DNA from: an uncultured candidatus Porisulfidus sp.
Lineage (GTDB): Bacteria > Pseudomonadota > Gammaproteobacteria > Poriferisulfidales > Oxydemutatoraceae
Assembly (NCBI GenBank): GCA_965215125.1
Contig: OZ244052.1
Span: forward strand, 256,001-320,000
Length of the DNA: 64,000 nucleotides
Reading direction: 5' to 3'
Of the stretch, positions 19,927 to 29,911 are shown piece after piece (positions within the stretch are counted from its first letter, which is position 1; every line of letters begins with the position of its first letter). Both the position numbers and the translations under genes were made by a program. The notes under the pieces are model-generated. The model was not told the origin of the DNA. It worked only from the letters and a program-made list of their open reading frames with translations, and made no database searches.

Positions 19927-21828
19927 TTAAATGGTTTTGATGTCTGTTTCGGGGGACTTCAGCTTGAAAATCTGCTCTACATTTATTTTTACGCTATCAT
20001 CCTCAAAGCCGGAGTCTCTAAAAATTACTCTTAACGGTTTCCTCTCGGCAATTTCACGACACAATTCTTCCGTTACTTTTCCATCTTTTACAAAGCAAGC
20101 AGCAAGCGCATCATCATCTACAAAAAATACATCTATGCCCGACAGCTTTTCTTTTCTAATCGGGAGAGATAGGTCTACTCCCCAGCTAAGAAGCACTTGA
20201 AACAGGATATCTTCGGGGGTTCTGTCTGCTTTGATGTTATCTGCAACTTCTTCTATTTTCTGTTGTATTATTTCATCCGGTCGGTAGTAGACATCTTCCA
20301 TGTTACTGCTGTCAACTTTCAAGACTCTGAAGCCGATATCTAAGTCATCTGCATTGATTGAATCATCCTCAAGGAGATTTTTTTGCTTGTTTTTGCTTTC
20401 AGTTTCCTCCTTTATCTTTTTGCCTGCTAGGCGAATACGCTCTTTACCTATGTCTGCAATAGTCTTGAGTCCTTCCTTAAAAGCCTCCGATTTTTCATCA
20501 CAAGGTTCAGGCAACTGAACCATAATATATTTACGATTACCGCCATCATCTTTATTTAAGTCTATTACTGCATGAGCAGTTGTTGCAGAGCCTGAAAAAA
20601 AGTCTAAAACTATATGATTTTGTTTTGTAGAGTGAAAAACTAACTTTTTTATAAGTTTATAAGGTTTTACGGTTTCAAAACCATGATCGCGTTCAAGGAT
20701 TTTAGTTAATTCTTGTTTTGCAGATTCTGTTGTTCCCTCTTCTTTTGAGAAAAATGCCCAAAATGGTTTTGTTATCTGATTTCTTTCATCTTCTGGTCTC
20801 ATTTTTATATATAACTTCTCATTTTTTTTAAGAATATCTCCTCTTTTGTCGAATTCTCTAATTTTATCTAACCCCCATTTCCATTGCTTTCCTTCTCCAG
20901 GCTTTATTCCATGAATGCAAAAAATCATTGATTTTCTACCTCTTATACCAGATGCATTCATTTCCTCAATAAGGTGATAACGAAAATGGCCTCTTTGATC
21001 TTCTTCGGGATAAGTTTTTTCCTTTTTTATGTACACATTAAATCTTTGTTTCTTTTGCTTTCCATAGCAAAGAATATATTCAATTTTAGGCTGTAATTTA
21101 TTGAAAGAGTCGATCGTATTTTGAGATTTTGTTTTAGACTCCCATCCGATGCTTCCAACAAAATTTTCTGAACCGAAGATTTCATCGCACAACTTTCTTA
21201 AATTATCAACTTCATTATCATAAATGCTGATAAAAATAACTCCGTCGTCTCTTAAAAGATTCCTTACCAACTTTAATCGGGGATACATCATAGATAACCA
21301 GTCCGAATGAAATCGTCCGTTAGACGGGAGGTTGTTGATAAGCCGGTTGCCTAGGTCGTCAATTTGACCGCTTTTTTCAAGTTCGCTTTTCACATCGCGT
21401 CTAAAATTGTCTTTATAAATAAAATCGTTTCCCGTGTTATAAGGGGGATCAATATAGATCATCTTCACTTCCCCGAGATATGTCTCTTGCAGAAGTTTCA
21501 GCACATCTAAGTTATCTCCTTCAATAAATAAGTTTCTTGTTTTATCAAAATCAACACTTTCTTCTCTGCAAGGTCTTAAAGTTTTTTCAATGGAGGTATA
21601 TGCCGTATTCGAGGCTTTTTCTTTCCCGGGCCAATTGAGTTGATAGTATTCTTTCGCGCCTTCAACGACGGAATCCGAGAGTTCTTGTTTTAGAAGATCA
21701 AAGTCTATGGACTTTTTAATATTACCTTCATCGTCTTTACTTTCTACAACGCAGTTCGGGAACAGTTCCCCGATTTTTAGAATATTTTCATCCACAATGT
21801 TCGGTGTTTGTAATTTCAGTTTGTCCAT
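19927..21828 (-). CDS. mod: Type III R-M adenine methyltransferase, Mod subunit
   Basis: IYIDPPYNTG, HSDWLSMMYPRL, LDFFSGSATT; directly upstream of res. Confidence 0.93.
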   Translation of the reverse strand: MDKLKLQTPNIVDENILKIGELFPNCVVESKDDEGNIKKSIDFDLLKQELSDSVVEGAKEYYQLNWPGKEKASNTAYTSIEKTLRPCREESVDFDKTRNLFIEGDNLDVLKLLQETYLGEVKMIYIDPPYNTGNDFIYKDNFRRDVKSELEKSGQIDDLGNRLINNLPSNGRFHSDWLSMMYPRLKLVRNLLRDDGVIFISIYDNEVDNLRKLCDEIFGSENFVGSIGWESKTKSQNTIDSFNKLQPKIEYILCYGKQKKQRFNVYIKKEKTYPEEDQRGHFRYHLIEEMNASGIRGRKSMIFCIHGIKPGEGKQWKWGLDKIREFDKRGDILKKNEKLYIKMRPEDERNQITKPFWAFFSKEEGTTESAKQELTKILERDHGFETVKPYKLIKKLVFHSTKQNHIVLDFFSGSATTAHAVIDLNKDDGGNRKYIMVQLPEPCDEKSEAFKEGLKTIADIGKERIRLAGKKIKEETESKNKQKNLLEDDSINADDLDIGFRVLKVDSSNMEDVYYRPDEIIQQKIEEVADNIKADRTPEDILFQVLLSWGVDLSLPIRKEKLSGIDVFFVDDDALAACFVKDGKVTEELCREIAERKPLRVIFRDSGFEDDSVKINVEQIFKLKSPETDIKTI

Positions 21829-22493
21829 TAGATACCTTTCAGGGTTTCAATTTTTCTTTCAAGTGCTTTTATGTTGCTGTTGAGGTCAACCTGCCGGTTA
21901 AATTGTTCCTCTTTCCTAAGTCTCTTTTTCATTTTCTGTGCTTCCAGTTCTTTATTTTTTATCTCTTCAATCCTCTCAATATAAGCATTTATTTCTTCAT
22001 TTTCTCTCAACGGCACAGATAAAATCTTACATATTAATGCTTGATATAATTTCAACAAATTCAAAGTAGCAGGCAATTCGATTTTATCGGCATTTTCAGG
22101 CAACCAGCTACTTCTAAAATAACTGCTTATAACCCGTTTAGTTTTGTCGGCTTCGCTGACTCTCTTATAAGCCACAGCATAACAAACCTGATTCCGATAT
22201 CTTAAAACAAAAATAATCGGAGAGAGTATAGCTTTGTCTATCGCCATTAGCACTTCGTCATTCAGGCGTTTGGTTTTTAATGAAAGCGTGATGATTTGAA
22301 TCTCTCGCGGATATTGCTCGCAGGGTATATTGACGGTTCCGGGAGCAAGTTTATAGCTCCATACTATTTTCTCCACTTGTGATGTTAAATAGGATTTTAT
22401 TTTGGTATTCGGCTTTGCTTCCCGATAAATTTTCTCTTTGGGAATCTTTCTCTCAAATTTGGTACTGTCGGGAAAATCAAAAAGTGCGTTCAT
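21828..22493 (-). CDS. DUF4391-like protein
   Basis: IPKEKIY, W.YKLAP, C-terminal coiled coil with E.QFNRQV.LN; typical position between the helicase and mod. Confidence 0.8.
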   Translation of the reverse strand: MNALFDFPDSTKFERKIPKEKIYREAKPNTKIKSYLTSQVEKIVWSYKLAPGTVNIPCEQYPREIQIITLSLKTKRLNDEVLMAIDKAILSPIIFVLRYRNQVCYAVAYKRVSEADKTKRVISSYFRSSWLPENADKIELPATLNLLKLYQALICKILSVPLRENEEINAYIERIEEIKNKELEAQKMKKRLRKEEQFNRQVDLNSNIKALERKIETLKGI

Positions 22494-22494
22494 C

Positions 22495-25400
22495 TTAGGT
22501 CTGTTTGATAATAAAAAAAGTAATCAACTCAAAATCATCCATGTCGGAGAAACTCTCGGTTAATGCCGTCGTCTTGTCTTCTCTAAATAAACTATCAATA
22601 TCTTTTTCCCGATTCACTCCGCCAATAGATTCAAACGCACGCCGTAATAAATCGGAATATTTTGACATATCTTTTCCTTCTTTTGTCTCGGTATTAAACT
22701 TTTTGCAAAGACTCAATACGGGTTCTTTCATATTGTGGCAACGAGAACGAATAATATCTAAGATTTTCTTTACTTCTCCGTGATTCTTTATCACTTCTCC
22801 CTCTTCGGAGAGATAGACGAGGTAGTACGGATGAAGACGATTATATGAACTGATTTTCAGTTTTGAGTTTTTATTCTTAAGCACAAAAATAACGCCTGGG
22901 GATATGTCTAAGTTTTCATCCGGAGCAAAAATTGCATGCAATCCGTTGGGAAGGCTCTCTATACCTTGATTTTGATTCATATAGTTGAGTAAATCCATCC
23001 TGAAGTCGTTAAGCCCCAAGTCGGTTATGCTCACCCCGGTTTTAACATCTTCTAAATCTACCACCTCGTCTTGTAATTTTTTCAGTTGCGCTTTCCGATA
23101 AGACATATCGGATGACTGCGAGGCAAGCACATTGTCGTCGCCGGTGGCGGTGATGTCGGTTATTACCATCCTGTTTTCAACCCGTTCTTTCAAATTGATA
23201 TATTCGTCAAGGGAAATATCCGGCCAATAATTTACTAGCTGAATACTTTCATTAAGCGAACCGATTCTGTCTATGCGTCCTAGCCGTTGGATAATTCTTA
23301 CCGGGTTCCAATGAATATCGTAGTTAACGAGGTAATCGCAATCTTGTAAATTTTGACCTTCCGAAATGCAATCGGTGCCTATCAAAATATCAATCTCCGC
23401 ATCTATCTCGGAATACAATAAATCTTTCTCTTTAGAACGCGGAGAAAATAAAGTTAAGATAGTACGGAAATCATAACCTTTGCCGACCGTTGTTTGCGCA
23501 GTATCACTCCCTGTAACTTTGCCGAGATGCAGCCTTTGTTCTGAAAAGTGTTGTTTCAAATGCTCGTATAAATAATTGGCTGTATCCGAGAAGGCCGTGA
23601 AAACTATGACCTTTTTATTGTCTTCGTTAATCGGATGCTCGGTTTTTTCTTTAATGACACCCTTTAAGTGATTAAGTTTGAAATCATGTTCGGGAGAGAC
23701 TTTCCCCATAGAAACGAGTAAATCCTCCACCACAGTTAAATCCTCCTCAAGATCGCGTTTCCACGAAGGCACATCCATGTCCTCTAAACTCACCTTTGTT
23801 TTGTCTCCGATTGTCAAATTATCAAAGTCCGTGATGTCGCCACCCTCTTCCAAACTCCCCGTATTTTCTATTGCCATTTCTAGATACGAGAATTCTCCGG
23901 TTTCCTCATACTCATTAATTTTTTTTATTGTTTCATCGTGCCGATCTTTTAAGGATTGAAGGGTGAGTCTAAAAGAGTGTACGGAACTTTCCAATCTTTT
24001 TAATAGATTGACCGTCATTAAAGCACGCAAACATGTTTCTCGATCCCGTTGCTTAAAATTTTCTGTGTCGTAGAGATCTTCGTATTTCTTTCGCTTGCTC
24101 GGGTGAACAAAATTTATCGGCATATAGATTGAAAGCTTGAGTTGTTGCAATCTCGTATAGATTTCGTTGTAGCTATAAACATCTTCCCTTTGAGTCAATT
24201 TGCATCTATGAGAAATGGGTTTTTCCCTGACCGGGAAACGACCAATATCCTTGGTATCGTAAAAAGTTTCAATATGTTTTCTCGATCTAGCAATGGTGAC
24301 ATTGTCAAGCAGATGGAAAAAATCAAAACTAAGAGAATTCAAAATTGCTTCAACGGTTCGCTCTTCATTCGGTAGCTTGACCCATTCATTGAATACGGCT
24401 TGAGCATTACGGAAAATCTCATTAACGCTTTTTCCCGTATCAAATTGTTCTTCCCAGCCTTTTGAATCTCCTTCATACGCCAATGCCAGTTGATTTTTTA
24501 AGTCGCTAAATTTGTTATTGACGGGCGTTGCGGATAGCATCAAAACCTTTGTTTTTGCACCTGGACGGATTACAGAATTCATTAACCTTTGATAACGTGT
24601 TTCTCTATCCCTAAAGGCTTCATTGTTTCTAAAATTGTGCGACTCATCAATGACAAGAAGATCATAAGTTTCCCAGTAGACCTTATCAAGAGCAATCCCG
24701 CAAGATTCACCTCTGGTACGCTGAAGATCGGTATGATATAGAACATCATAGCGAAACTTATCTTCCGGGAAGATGTTCGTTTTTAGATTCTTGTTATAGT
24801 TTAACCAGTTATCCGCTAATCTTTTGGGACATAAGACCAAGACATCTTTGTTTCTCAATTCATAATACTTGATAACACCGAGTGCGGTAAATGTTTTTCC
24901 CAAGCCGACACTGTCCGCTAAAATGCAGCCGTTAAACTTTTCCAGTTTATTGATAATCCCTATAGTTGCATCTTTCTGAAAATTGTATAGCTTGTCCCAA
25001 ATTTGAGTTTTTTTATATCCTTTGCGCTCATTCGGAAGTTCATCTTCGTTCAGGTCGTCTAAAAATTCGCTAAATATGTTGTAGAGGGTGAGGAAATATA
25101 TTTTTTCCGGGGAGTTCTCTTGATAAACGGATTCAATATGATGAGAAATAGTTTCGGTCACCTCTTGCAACTTGGTTTTATCATTCCATATATCCCTAAA
25201 TAATTGCAGACACTGTTCCGTTTCGGGTGCATGATCAAATTTGCTGATGAAATTAGAAACAGCATCACCTTGCTGGTAGCCTATATCTACTGCAGTGAAA
25301 CCCTGAATAGGCATATACACGATATTTTTTCCGCTATGCTGAATTGCCGAAAATTGCTGCATAGGAATGTCGGATGTGTTTGACTTAAATTTCGCCTTTT

Positions 25401-25740
25401 TTCTAATCCACTCGGCACATTCTCTCGCAACAGCCTTTTGAGTAAGCTGATTTTTTAATTTGATTTCAAATTCGCTGCCGTATAGATTCTTCTGCCTTCT
25501 AATTTTAGGTATATAGAATTCCCTTCGCTGCCTGTTTCGCTTGTCCGTAACATCGTCCGGAGTAAAAGCCGGTGCCGTAAAAATAAACTCCAGAGCATCT
25601 ATCTTTGCTAATTCTCGCTTCAGATATTCAAATGCATAGATTGAAAAACAAGAAGCCGCAATTTTCAGCTTCGAACCCTTCCCGAGTTCCTTTTTTAAGT
25701 CATCTCCCCAACGAGTATTAACGTTGTCTATTATGGTCAT
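22495..25740 (-). CDS. SNF2-like SF2 helicase of the type III R-M operon
   Basis: LADSVGLGKT, IDESHNFRN, LSATP, TDCISEGQNLQ, QRLGRIDRIG. Confidence 0.9.
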   Translation of the reverse strand: MTIIDNVNTRWGDDLKKELGKGSKLKIAASCFSIYAFEYLKRELAKIDALEFIFTAPAFTPDDVTDKRNRQRREFYIPKIRRQKNLYGSEFEIKLKNQLTQKAVARECAEWIRKKAKFKSNTSDIPMQQFSAIQHSGKNIVYMPIQGFTAVDIGYQQGDAVSNFISKFDHAPETEQCLQLFRDIWNDKTKLQEVTETISHHIESVYQENSPEKIYFLTLYNIFSEFLDDLNEDELPNERKGYKKTQIWDKLYNFQKDATIGIINKLEKFNGCILADSVGLGKTFTALGVIKYYELRNKDVLVLCPKRLADNWLNYNKNLKTNIFPEDKFRYDVLYHTDLQRTRGESCGIALDKVYWETYDLLVIDESHNFRNNEAFRDRETRYQRLMNSVIRPGAKTKVLMLSATPVNNKFSDLKNQLALAYEGDSKGWEEQFDTGKSVNEIFRNAQAVFNEWVKLPNEERTVEAILNSLSFDFFHLLDNVTIARSRKHIETFYDTKDIGRFPVREKPISHRCKLTQREDVYSYNEIYTRLQQLKLSIYMPINFVHPSKRKKYEDLYDTENFKQRDRETCLRALMTVNLLKRLESSVHSFRLTLQSLKDRHDETIKKINEYEETGEFSYLEMAIENTGSLEEGGDITDFDNLTIGDKTKVSLEDMDVPSWKRDLEEDLTVVEDLLVSMGKVSPEHDFKLNHLKGVIKEKTEHPINEDNKKVIVFTAFSDTANYLYEHLKQHFSEQRLHLGKVTGSDTAQTTVGKGYDFRTILTLFSPRSKEKDLLYSEIDAEIDILIGTDCISEGQNLQDCDYLVNYDIHWNPVRIIQRLGRIDRIGSLNESIQLVNYWPDISLDEYINLKERVENRMVITDITATGDDNVLASQSSDMSYRKAQLKKLQDEVVDLEDVKTGVSITDLGLNDFRMDLLNYMNQNQGIESLPNGLHAIFAPDENLDISPGVIFVLKNKNSKLKISSYNRLHPYYLVYLSEEGEVIKNHGEVKKILDIIRSRCHNMKEPVLSLCKKFNTETKEGKDMSKYSDLLRRAFESIGGVNREKDIDSLFREDKTTALTESFSDMDDFELITFFIIKQT

Positions 25741-25879
25741 TATTGATTGAGTGTTCTAAGAATTTGCGATTTATATTATGCACGATATATGATGTGCGAG
25801 GAAATTGTTAATATCATATCAGCTCTGGCTTGGCTTATTAGAAAAAGCAAGAACGATGTCCGATAATAGGAAACCGGCG

Positions 25880-25999
25880 CATGCACTATAATGAAGTCCG
25901 CCCCGCACAGCGCATTGGGCTATCAACCCTTAGTGTATTTGCAAAGGCAATAGAATGAAAACTAACTTCAACATTAGTATTAGTTTGGAGAGAATGTCA
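25880..25999 (+). pseudogene. IS3-family transposase 3' remnant and terminal repeat
   Basis: CACTATAATGAAGTCCGC-C-CCGCACAGCGCATTGGGCTATCAACCC resembles HYNEVRPHSALGYQP (integrase core C-terminus, with one extra C), followed by an IS3-like end ...GGAGAGAATGTCA. Confidence 0.6.
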
Positions 26000-26265
26000 A
26001 TTTTTTTCTTCCATTAATTTTTCATCATATAGATATTTCAGTATATTTCTTTCTTGCTCTAAAAATTTCTTAATATTATCTAAAGAATTACTACCTTGTC
26101 CTTCTGCTGCATTGCGATTAAACGCTGCCTCCATTATAAGAATCTTCTCCGTAGAAATTTTCAAACGATAAAGAGCTCTCTCGTACTCAGTTAGACAAAT
26201 ATCTGGCATAAGCCAAAATTCATGTCCTTCACGCGGCGTAATCTTTCCTTTTATTACTTCTTGGT
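25997..26265 (-). pseudogene. Truncated gene fragment between two IS ends
   Basis: The N-terminus of ORF 25997..26362 is derived from an IS481 end; its stop coincides with the IS3-like terminal TCA. Confidence 0.55.
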
Positions 26266-26335
26266 TGTACGATGCCATGACATATTGGACAAATGGGGGC
26301 AAAAGGAAGCAAGCTGTTGTGTCGATTTTCAATAG
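26266..26335. mobile_element. Solo right end of the IS481 element found at 42355-43495
   Basis: TGTACGATGCCATGACATATTGGACAAATGGGGGCAAAAGGAAGCAAGCTGTTGTG is a near-exact reverse complement of 43440-43495. Confidence 0.9.
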
Positions 26336-26368
26336 TTTCACATATATTTTCAAAAAGTACAAAGAATA

Positions 26369-27115
26369 ATGGCAACTTCAAAAATTGAGTGGACAGAGTT
26401 TACTTGGAATCCGGTGACGGGTTGCACAAAAGTATCTCCGGGCTGCAAAAACTGTTATGCCGAAAGTTTAGCGAAGCGTCTGCGCACAATGCATGTAGGG
26501 GGTTATGAGATGCCGTTCACCGAAGTGCGGGAATTGTCCGACAGGTTAAACCAACCGAGACACCGAAAATCACCCACCGTTTATTTTGTAAATTCAATGA
26601 GTGATTTATTTCATGAAAAAGTTTCATTTAAGTTTATAGATAGAGTATTCTCCGTGATTAAAGATACCAGCCATCATACCTACCAAGTTCTAACAAAACG
26701 TTCTCAGCATATGGCACGGTATTTTGCACGCCGAGAAGTCCCTCCTAATGTATGGCTCGGTGTTTCGGTTGAAGATAAAAAATATGGCTTGCCGAGAATT
26801 CCGATATTACGGAAAATCCCTACGCAACAAAGATTTTTATCGGTGGAACCCCTGTTGGAAGATTTAGGTCCGATAAATTTGGACGGTATACATTGGGTTA
26901 TTGTCGGTGGTGAATCCGGACACAAGGCTAGACCCATGAATAAGGCATGGGTGATTTCAATTCGCAAACAGTGCAGAGCGCAAAAAGTTCCTTTTTTCTT
27001 CAAACAATGGGGGCGGTGGGGTGAAGATGGAAAAAGCCGTAATAAAAAAGCAAACGGTAGAACCCTAAACGGGCGTGTTTGGAACGGCATACCTGCAGTA
27101 ATGCAACATAGTTAG
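26369..27115 (+). CDS. Phage Gp37/Gp68 (DUF5131) family protein
   Basis: IEWTE.TWNPVTGCTKVSPGCKNCYA, FVNSMSDLFH, LTKR, S.EPLL, WVIVGGESG, FFFKQWG. Confidence 0.92.
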   Translation: MATSKIEWTEFTWNPVTGCTKVSPGCKNCYAESLAKRLRTMHVGGYEMPFTEVRELSDRLNQPRHRKSPTVYFVNSMSDLFHEKVSFKFIDRVFSVIKDTSHHTYQVLTKRSQHMARYFARREVPPNVWLGVSVEDKKYGLPRIPILRKIPTQQRFLSVEPLLEDLGPINLDGIHWVIVGGESGHKARPMNKAWVISIRKQCRAQKVPFFFKQWGRWGEDGKSRNKKANGRTLNGRVWNGIPAVMQHS

Positions 27116-27223
27116 TGGTGACGCAAGCGGTTGTGAACCACCCTGTCAGGCTTCGCCCTCCACAGGAGAGGAATGTACCGGCACTATACCTGATGCGACA
27201 CGCTGCAGGCTCAATCAGCAGTA

Positions 27224-28162
27224 CTACTCGGTGGTTCTGTTTTTTAGCTGTTTAATCTCGTCAGCAGATAAACCTGTCAATTTTGAAATCTCAGAAATCT
27301 CATAACTCTCTTGCAACATATTCAGAGCAATTTTTCGGGCTTTGTTTACTTCGCCTTCTTCCATGACTTCTTCCATGATCTCTTGCTTTCTCAAGTGCCG
27401 TTCCCACTCTCGTCTCTCTATGGATATAGCGTTCCAGGCATCTATATCCTCTTTTGATATTTCCTCTAAATGTTTTAATGCCATCTTCGTCTCTCCGTCT
27501 TGTGATAAATGCTTTACTTGCTCGGCCGTCAATTCCGCCGAGTGCTTGATAATATAGCACCACCTATCCGTCATATCAACCAACTCAAGGTGGCTCTTGT
27601 TGAACTTGTTCAATTCCACTATCACCAACCCAAAATCCTTAGTCAATTCCTTATGCCGATGCTTACGCAGAGTGATCGTGGTTTCGTTTATATAGTCCTC
27701 TTCATCAAACACCGTGAACCGGGTAAACACCAGTAAGTAGCTCGGATTAATCTGACTAAACTTTTGTCCACGCTTCATACCATAAGAGTGCAACTGCACC
27801 CAATAAGCCAACATTCTACTAAAGAAGTCCTTTTGAGAATAGCCCTGCATCTCTATGTCGATATTCTCACCGCTATTTAATTTGACATGGAGGTCTAGCA
27901 CTACTTGTTTACCACCCGGTGTGCCCGGTGGGATAGAACTATCCTGCAGATGTAGCTTATCGCCCGATTGGTTTTGTTGATTTGCGGTTTCGGATGCAGG
28001 GTTGAATATGCCGGGGTTGAGTATCATCATATCCGGCGCATTATCGGGGATCGGCAGGAAGCTCTTAATCAACGAGAACAATACTTGCTTATTGCCTGAG
28101 AAGTATCGCTTAAAGGAAATATCTTTTGTCAAGTCTAAGTATCCGAGATGTTTTTCATCCAT
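27224..28162 (-). CDS. Rpn-family PD-(D/E)XK nuclease, paralog 2
   Basis: Start MDEKHLGYLDLTKDISFKRYF at 28162 with AGGAGA RBS; LDL...IEMQ; C-terminal HTH. The 59-aa upstream extension in the ORF track partly runs through repeat sequence. Confidence 0.9.
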   Translation of the reverse strand: MDEKHLGYLDLTKDISFKRYFSGNKQVLFSLIKSFLPIPDNAPDMMILNPGIFNPASETANQQNQSGDKLHLQDSSIPPGTPGGKQVVLDLHVKLNSGENIDIEMQGYSQKDFFSRMLAYWVQLHSYGMKRGQKFSQINPSYLLVFTRFTVFDEEDYINETTITLRKHRHKELTKDFGLVIVELNKFNKSHLELVDMTDRWCYIIKHSAELTAEQVKHLSQDGETKMALKHLEEISKEDIDAWNAISIERREWERHLRKQEIMEEVMEEGEVNKARKIALNMLQESYEISEISKLTGLSADEIKQLKNRTTE

Positions 28163-28286
28163 AGTAAATCTCCTATAAATTGGGTGTAAAACATCTACCC
28201 TAAACTTGGTATTGAGTAGGGGGAGAGACAAATAGATGAACGGTATATTAGAGGGTGATATTCCTCTCTGAAGGAGAGGGATTAAA

Positions 28287-28575
28287 TGGTGCAGACCCTT
28301 AGCAACCACCCCGTCAGGCTTCGCCTGCCACCCCTCCATAGGAGGGGAATTGACTGGTGCAGACCCTTAGCAACCACCCCGTCAGGCTTCGCCTGCCACC
28401 CCTCCATAGGAGGGGAATTGACTTATGCAGGTCCTTAACGACCACCCCGTCAGGCTGAATAGAACCGCCGATTGAACCAGTAGGTCAATCGGCTTGACTT
28501 TGTTCAGAACCTCAACATGACTGCTAAACGCATGCATTGCAAAATGCATAGGCCACCCTTCCACAGGAGAGGAAT
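28287..28575. repeat. Tandem 68-bp REP units followed by the composite repeat
   Basis: ACCACCCCGTCAGGC starts at 28305, 28373 and 28441; the third copy is interrupted by the hairpin element. Confidence 0.9.
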
Positions 28576-28621
28576 ACTCTACCCTTAAAAATGAGGTGAT
28601 GTCATCAATGTACGCGTTTGT

Positions 28622-29752
28622 CTATTTATACAGTGCTATATACTCCGACAAAGCGAATAGCCTGTTCCTTGAGAAGCCGGTCACTTCTTTTAAGATCCCC
28701 ATGCTTTGAAAATCGTTTATCAATCTTCCGGTCGCAGCAACCCCGACCTCTAAATGCTGCGAGGCTCTCTTGATAGATACGATCGGATTAGAAAACAAGA
28801 ACAATAATAATTGTTGTGCCAATTTTGCTCTTCTTCCCATCGTTATGATTTCGGTTTCGTACCGTTTTTTTAGTTTGATGATAGCCTCCAGAGTTTCCTT
28901 TGCGCTTTTTGCCGTTTCAACAACTCCCGAGAGGAAAAATCTAATCCACTGGTCAAGGTCATTAGAGGCTCTTACCATACTTAACGAGTCATAATATGAT
29001 CCTTTATTACGCTCGAAAAAATCCGAGAGATAAAAGCATGGTTTATTCAATATCTCCGCCTTGACCAGTTGCAAGGTTATAAGTAGACGACCTATTCTTC
29101 CATTCCTGTCTAAAAACGGATGTATAGTTTCAATCTGATAATGACTTATCGCTATCCGAATGAGGTGCGGAAGATTTATTTTTTGGTTATGCCAAAATTT
29201 TTCGAGATCGCTTAATAAATCCGGCAAGTCTTGGTGGTGAGGCGGCACAAAAAAAGCATCTTTCAAACTTGAACCACCAATCCAGTTTTGGCTACTTCTT
29301 ATTTCACCGGGAAGTTTATGCCTCCCTCTTACACCGGAAAGTAATATTCTATGAACCTCCTTGAGTAATCTCATAGATAAAGGCAGTCTATTGAGTTCGT
29401 CTATTGCAAAATTCATTGCACTAATGTAATTTTGAACTTCCCCCCAATCGTCACGTCTTTCGGGATGAATTTCATTTTCAGGCAACACAACTTCGTCAAT
29501 GCCGGTTTTTTTCCCCTCAATTCGGCTAGAGGTCGTTGCTTCTTTCATCACATGCATCTTAATAAAAAAATCAACATCCGGCACAAGTGCGGAATAAGCA
29601 TTGAGTTCTCCGAGATAACGCATGGCATCTTCCAACAAGATAACGATCCTGTCGTCTTTCCAGTGATAATCGGTGTTTATTAACGACGGTAAAAAACTTT
29701 TGTATTTGTATTGCTGTTTGTAAGCCCCGGACTGATACTTATTTATAGGCAT
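28622..29752 (-). CDS. Fic-family protein with C-terminal HTH (variant motif [12 protein letters not shown])
   Basis: [10 protein letters not shown] inhibitory helix, [17 protein letters not shown](R)[17 protein letters not shown]. Confidence 0.9.
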   Translation of the reverse strand: MPINKYQSGAYKQQYKYKSFLPSLINTDYHWKDDRIVILLEDAMRYLGELNAYSALVPDVDFFIKMHVMKEATTSSRIEGKKTGIDEVVLPENEIHPERRDDWGEVQNYISAMNFAIDELNRLPLSMRLLKEVHRILLSGVRGRHKLPGEIRSSQNWIGGSSLKDAFFVPPHHQDLPDLLSDLEKFWHNQKINLPHLIRIAISHYQIETIHPFLDRNGRIGRLLITLQLVKAEILNKPCFYLSDFFERNKGSYYDSLSMVRASNDLDQWIRFFLSGVVETAKSAKETLEAIIKLKKRYETEIITMGRRAKLAQQLLLFLFSNPIVSIKRASQHLEVGVAATGRLINDFQSMGILKEVTGFSRNRLFALSEYIALYK

Positions 29753-29911
29753 GATTAGAATCTCATTTATATGTAAATTGAGGTTATATTATCATTTTTG
29801 GGACTTATAGCGATTAGTTGACAAACCACAATTATTAAAACTATTAGTTGACAAACAATCCTTTTAATTATTACAATAATCCCTATAATAGAAACACAAT
29901 TAGGAAAAGTC

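Noticed and set aside
19927-21828. Phase-variable mod gene
   Set aside because: No simple-sequence repeat tract is visible and the ORF is intact.
28287-28460. 68-bp periodic repeats resembling a CRISPR array
   Set aside because: The intervening sequences are themselves near-identical, the unit is the dispersed REP, and there are no cas genes.
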